DNA of 62,565 nucleotides, counting the filler, from Choristocarpus tenellus KU-1152 (Eukaryota; Protista; Phaeophyceae): the NCBI GenBank assembly GCA_964200185.2. It is 8 parts of 8 records of this genome, joined end to end, with 100 filler letters (N's around TTAATTAATTAA, not from the genome) between each part and the next. Parts side by side here need not be neighbours in the genome. Positions count along the whole stretch, not along the records: positions 42,927 to 62,565 come from CAXNAD020000458.1; 7 more parts are not named here. The stretch is one strand, 5' to 3'. Position 1 is the first letter of the stretch. Each line of letters starts with the position of its first letter. This document shows positions 57,401 to 62,565 of this stretch, one piece after another. Under the pieces are notes generated by a model, which was not told the DNA's origin, ran no database searches, and saw only the letters and a list, made by a program, of their open reading frames with translations. Both the position numbers and the translations under genes were made by a program.

Positions 57401-58818
57401 CACATGAACACAACAGTCAAGAGGTGTAGATTTGTGTAGTATTACTGGTGTACCCTACCCCATTCGCTTTCCCTTGTCATCATGTATGCACTACATACCT
57501 TGGAATATTATGCACCAATACTTACATTAATTGTAGAAATAGCGAGATGTATTCTATACACAAGTAGACCTAGGAAATTTTTGAGTGAACAGGAAGTTTT
57601 ACGCCCATTCCAGATCGTTCAAGTCATTCTTTGACCAACAGAACACTGGTTAAAAATGGTGGAGAATTATGCCGAAATTGAAGCGGTACATTGGGCAAAT
57701 GCATACCACTGGTTAGTGGTGACGTATTGTTATTACTGTTGGTACAGATACTTAGAGTGAAGTATATTCCCAGGTGTACGTTGCCCTGTAACCTTGGAGT
57801 GTCCGGTACAGTGATAATATATCTTTCCTAACTCGAAAGAAAGGAGCGACGAAAGAGCAGCTCAAGTTGTCAGGATTGTTATCTTATCTCCCGTTCGAAA
57901 ACCTCATCCCCTCTATCCTCTGCCCAAAGTATCCTAGCATACCTGCAGCGTGGGTATCTTGCGATAAGAGGTCACGGACAGGGTCTCTGCCAACTCCTCG
58001 TGCATTTCGAAGCTGACCTCGTGCATGCGTCGAGTAGGGCCGCTGCCCCATCCACCTGCAAGGAATCCCCCGGCCTTGCCGCTGGCGGCAGCAGCGACCT
58101 CACTACGTTCAATTACAAGAGGCTTGATGCCACGGAGGGTCAGATGGTAAGCCGTGCTGGCTCCAACTGACGAGTACAAATTGCAAATGGGGAAGTGAGG
58201 ATTCTTCTATGAGTACTCTGGGACTAGATCACAGCTCATGCTGCGGATAGATGGTCAGCGACTTCGAACCACTAAACGAGACTCGAAGATTTTTTGTGAA
58301 TTACATAACATGGGATTGGAAGAGAAAACGAACCACACTGAAAATAGTGAAAGGATGAAATTTGAAACTAGTTCATCCAGTTTTCGAGAATTGTAAAAGG
58401 CGGTCATACAATCCGTGAGGCCTGAACATCAGGTTTTAAGATTGCCACATTGCAACGTTGGCACATTCCCACATTCCCACATTCCCAGAATTCGACCTTG
58501 TGATGACATTGCGCTGGTCAATGGTCCACACTTTTTAGGTCCATAAGCAGCTGACGATAGTAACCTACATCTAGGCGAACCTCGCATTCGCCACAAGAGG
58601 AGTTGATTTGGACTGACAGCATCAAGAAAGGTCTCACCTATACCTCCACCAATTATGACCACCCTTTCGCCGTCCTTCATTCCAGACATCCTTAGCTCCC
58701 GGTGGCGGTAGTCGTAAGGCCTGCACGCGGCGTGCTCATGCACAAGCCCGGTTCGAAAGGCGAAGCCTCGGACAGTTGCAGCGCTCACGGCCAAAGAGAC
58801 TAGCACCTGTTGTATCAT
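46422..58818 (-). CDS. FAD-dependent oxidoreductase, DAO/glycine oxidase family (TDA3-like), probably plastid-targeted; 7 exons, 3'-partial
   Basis: Exons 58818-58638 (MIQQVLVSLAVSAATVRGFAF...VVIIGGGI), 58166-57943 (VGASTAYHL...ASGKAGGFLA), 57394-57305 (...DTAQ), 54371-54201 (VTPLELT...), 53085-53017 (VVVCMGPWS), 49039-48938 (GIKSTSIV...CHLE), 46498-46422 (VYPRPTGEVYLCGLGG). It has a GxGxxG Rossmann motif and the phases are consistent. Confidence 0.92.
46882..47153. mobile_element. MITE family C (related TIRs)
   Basis: CATAGCATCCTAGAAGAGGGG ... CCCCTCTAGGATACTATG inverted termini, with the subterminal GTCCATT/AAATGGAC motif shared with families A and B. Confidence 0.55.
50300..50800 (+). pseudogene. 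Possible decayed Ulp1-like (C48) protease ORF in an oxidoreductase intron
   Basis: Ordered motifs across frameshifts: PWLS/FINWF, DIFKQLMYINHP, THW, IDWSCWNIMVLDEPMLQ. These resemble WLNDEVINFY, DIF..PIN...HW and W.....P.Q. Confidence 0.3.
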
Positions 58819-58920
58819 GACTCCGATTGCACACTAGCTCGCGTCTCATGTTGTACGACAATTACACTCGCGCGAAAAATAATACGTCGCAGACCAGCCG
58901 TCCGTACGTCTATTTGCCTT
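58819..58920 (-). promoter_or_regulatory. CpG-rich proximal promoter/5' UTR of the FAD oxidoreductase
   Basis: Directly upstream of ATG 58818 and locally CpG-dense. It contains TTTCGCGC (an E2F-consensus match, 58870-58877) on the minus strand. Confidence 0.4.
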
Positions 58921-58993
58921 TTTAACGATCAACTTGGACAAGAAACGGTACAGAGATGAGGAGATGTTAGACGTTAAATATCATGAAGGAAAA

Positions 58994-59300
58994 GGAAAGT
59001 TTATAAAGTAATCTGAGGTTTGTCAGCAGGAGAATTCTGGTAGGACGGACGTACAGGGAAGGGAGGGTGATTAGGGAAAAAGAAAAATATCAAAGGGTGG
59101 ACGAAGAGTTAATTACTGAGTGGCTAGGAGACAGAAGAGGTGGGAGAGAAGTTAAAGAAATAGGTGGTACGTTGAAGCATGAGGTGGGAAGGAATGGTCA
59201 GAACATAAGGAAAACCTGAGGCTGGGGGTATGGGACAAGCAGGGCTAGAACAAGACAACCTCTGAGCAATCTCTCCCACCCACCCACCCACCCTTTCGCT
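58994..59300. repeat. Purine-rich dispersed repeat, copy 2
   Basis: Homologous to 42482-42800. It sits immediately upstream of the oxidoreductase promoter. Confidence 0.85.
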
Positions 59301-59602
59301 TGCTCACAACCGACTGTGATGCTGGGTAAGGGGAGGGGAGATCAAGTTCGGACGGGGTAGATATCTTCGAGTTCAAAGGTACGGTATGTAATGGATGATA
59401 AAAGGGTGCTCTTAGATTATTGTGGAGTGGTGTTGAGTGGTGTGGGCGAGTGGAAAGTGGTGGAAAGTGTTGGGGCGTTGAGTGGTGATAGATGGTGTGG
59501 GGAAGCGGAAAGTGGTGGAAAGTGATGTCGAGGGGAGTGGTGTTGAATGGTGTGGTGGAGCGGTAAGTGGTGTGGGGTTGGGTAGGGTTGAAGGGTGGGG
59601 TG

Positions 59603-59868
59603 GTGACTGGAAATCAGAGGCGAAGGGGTCACACTGGTTGGTCATCAGATGGGGTTGGTGACTGGAAATCAGTGGCAGAGGGGTTGCACTGGTTGGTCAT
59701 CGGATGTGAGGGGTGACAGGAATTCAGTGGCGAAGGGAGTTCACACTGGTTGGTCATCAGAGGTGGGCAGTGACTGGAATTCAGTGGTGAAAGGGGTTCG
59801 CACTGGTTGGTCATCAGACTGGGGCGTGACTGGAAATCAGTGGTGAAAAGGGTTCACATTGGTTGGTC
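59603..59868. repeat. ~55-bp tandem repeat, ~5 copies
   Basis: Unit is approximately GTGACTGGAAATCAGTGGCGAAGGGGTTCACACTGGTTGGTCATCAGATGGGG. A GT-rich tract at 59420-59600 precedes it. Confidence 0.9.
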
Positions 59869-60826
59869 TCAAAGAGTGGTACAGTGGGGAGGAGGAGAAT
59901 GGGTGGAATGCAAACAGAATAAAAAATAATAATCCAGAATTCGTGAGCAAAGAAAAAGACACATTCTTCGGATGCTCCTCGCCCAGGGGTGTAGGCTAAG
60001 CTAAGTTGGAGGCATAAGAGGGAAGTGGTGTAGCATAGATGGTAGTAAAATAGTATGATCGAAAAAATCCTTTCACACTTACGATAACTTACACTTTTTC
60101 CGTGATTGTTCTGGTATTTAATGACTTTTCATTGATTTTATACATCTGCAAAATGTCAGAGGGCATAATAATGAAGAAAAGACACATCATAAGCAAGCAG
60201 AACGTTTTTTGGATGAGTTGGCTACACACGTTGTAGGAGGGAGAGGTGTGGGAAGCTACTGGAGGAAAGGACCTGTCAAATCCCGTTTACGACAGGTAGT
60301 GTCTGTCACAACACAAGTGCCTCTATCAAGACGTGACATGCATTTTAAGCTGGAGACACCAGGAAGATGGGCAAGGACGAGCCTGTCATATTCTTGAGAT
60401 GCTTCCCTAGCTTCTCACCCTGTGATGTAGGACTAAGCTAGGTTGGAGGCATAGGAGGGGAGTGGTGTAGCATAGCTAGCAGCCAAAAAGTAAATAGAAA
60501 ACATACATTTTATATCTAAATTATATATTATTATGCCTTTATTATTTCTTATATTTAATAATATTTTGTTATTATGCCCTCTGATATTTTGGATCAAGCC
60601 TCCTTGATAATATATATAAGATCCTTCGATCCACCTGGAATTATTAACTTTTCATTAAGTTCCGATTTAAAAATATTTGTAGTACAAATACACTGTTCTT
60701 TAACATTTTTATACTATTTCATGTATTCCCAGAGTGACTGTCCTGAGAAACAAATATTGCACTTTCTTATCACTTGTTATGTGCATGTAATACATCAAAC
60801 AAAATAAATGTTTACACAAAATTATA

Positions 60827-62540
60827 CTACGTCCCTGCCGTAAGTCTCTGCAGGGTTGTCCATAACTTTTGGAGATGATGAAATTCGTTTTTGAAAGATT
60901 TGGAATCGTTGGCAAATTTCTGGTTAGGGTCAGATCTTTTTATTATTATTATTCCCCATCCATCACAATTTTATCAACCACAGAAAAGGCCTCCATCTCT
61001 ACCTTTGGTGTGTTTTCAAGCTCACCAGACAACTACCTCTTCCTTACCCCTGTGTACTCCACACTGAAGTCATTCCCCCCTTTGTATCTAAGTTCTTGAT
61101 TGTACACCACAAAAAGGAGCTGCTAAGCCCTCTCAAGTTGGCTACCGTGTCTGTCTGGGAATGTCAATATCCTTGTTCCAGACACACCTTTTCATAACAT
61201 GCACATTCTACCTGCTCCGAAACATTTTGGAGTAGGTAAAATATCATTAAAAACTCATTGGAAGCCAAGCCTGAAATGGACAAGCAGGGAAAAACGTGTA
61301 CCCTCTAAGATACTTTCACTCATGTGGTTTCATCATACTCCTCATACTATTTCTTAATGACCTTCAACATCTCCTTGACGGACCCAAACCACTCCCCCAT
61401 CACCCGACATTTCAAAGACCAGGTCCATGATATTGAGATCGGGGAAGCTAGATGGCTGGGTCACAAGCCCAATCGACCACCCCTCCGTTTTCCCTGCCCC
61501 TGACAAGATTTCTGAGTTGCTCTTGCCCGTGTGGGTGGTGGCACCGTCTTGCTGAACGACAACGTGCTTCCCCTGCAACCAAGGTGTCTTGGTCTTGATT
61601 GCAGGCAGTAACTCCTCCGTGTACCACAAATGGTCTAACATTTAGTCCTGCTCATACAAATCCCCCTTTATATGGTTCTTGCTTGTCCTGTCTTTCGTTT
61701 TTGGCGCACACACAAGCCAAACACCAAGTTTTCCATCAAAGCTGTGAGCCGAAGGCGGGCGTTGGCTGTAATGATCATGGTTTGGGGGATGTGACTCTTG
61801 TGTTGCACAGTAGGGGACCCCGGAAGATCGCTATCATCCTCATGCGGAAATACCCTGACCCTTTCCCCATCAGCCATCACGTAAAACCAGGCTTCAGTCA
61901 CATGGATTGTGTTCGCCATGGAGGCGTACACACCACATTTCTGGTCCACTTGATCGCAAACAAAGTCCATTCTTCATACCGTTTGCCACGATTTAAGCTT
62001 GGGTTTGATCCAGCAGCGATTCAACATGGCCCCCATATCATCCAAGCGTCTGTTTATGGTGCCCGTGCTATAATTCAGCCCCTTGGCAGACATCCTCATT
62101 GTCACCTGAAACACTGTGGATGACCAATTATCAGAGTTGATACTATGTATTGTGACCATCTTGGTCGGTGTGTTCTGAAGGTCGCCCACTACGTGTTGCC
62201 ACCCCTAGGTCAAGTGTGTGGCCATGGGCGAGCTGATCGGTGACATCCTCCCAGAGCCCTCGCATGTAATGCTCGGACACTCCAAACTCCGCTGCAAGGG
62301 CCGGCCCAACGTGCCCCGGCAGTTTATGCTCACCAGGGACCATCGCAAGGGCGTGCCCCACTGCAAGCGCAACCCTGGTATTCAGGGACACTTGGGCACC
62401 CTTCCTACGTGGGGGAGTAGACGGAGGGGTTGTCATACCAACGTTCTGACCCTCGACGTGCCCAGTTCAGGCCACAAAATCACCCCAAAAGACCTTTACT
62501 TTGACGGCTTGAAGCACCTCAAGTTTGTACCTGATGATCC
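60827..62540 (-). mobile_element. Decayed Tc1/mariner element, second subfamily, interrupted by a MITE
   Basis: Frameshifted ORFs 62436-61354 contain IHVTEAWFY, QQDGATTHTG and TQPSSFPDLNIMDL. The C-terminus LERA*QLLFVVYN...GGNDFSVEYTGVRKR resumes at about 61137-61030. A degenerate TIR TA-CGTCCCTGCCGT lies at about 60827. The right boundary is approximate. Confidence 0.85.
61153..61321. mobile_element. MITE family A, truncated copy 4, inside a mariner
   Basis: Matches the right two-thirds of copy 1 (AATATCCTTGTTCC...AAATGGAC...CCCTCTAAGATACTTTCACTC). Confidence 0.8.
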
Positions 62541-62565
62541 TTAACCCCACCTTTTTTCTGAAAGG

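Overview
Eukaryotic, intron-rich nuclear DNA, most likely a photosynthetic stramenopile of the brown-algal lineage. This is inferred from TTAGGG repeats, 72-nt LRR exons, a signal peptide followed by Phe, and long GT-AG introns. The window is not one locus. It is eight contigs joined by seven identical artificial 100-nt linkers (N44-TTAATTAATTAA-N44), so gene neighbourhood across linkers carries no information. Most short ORFs in the supplied track are noise. Manual splice reconstruction gave seven partial multi-exon genes: (1) an uncharacterised helical (HEAT/ARM-like) protein with a GC-AG intron (1014-8338, -); (2) the 3' end of an organellar-type class II lysyl-tRNA synthetase (+); (3) the 3' end of WDR76/Cmr1 (+); (4) a ~3-kb disordered exon with a possible Rap1-like C-terminus (-); (5) an LRR gene with 72-nt phase-1 exons (+); (6) a PEX14-like protein with PUB and KPWE modules (+); (7) a probably plastid-targeted DAO-family FAD oxidoreductase (-). 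Between and within these lie several decayed plant-type mariner transposons with Stowaway-like TIRs, a family of ~260-bp MITEs, many short interstitial telomeric tracts, minisatellites and a possible decayed Ulp1-like ORF. No rRNA, tRNA or CRISPR array is supported. All alignments were done by eye and no database search was run.
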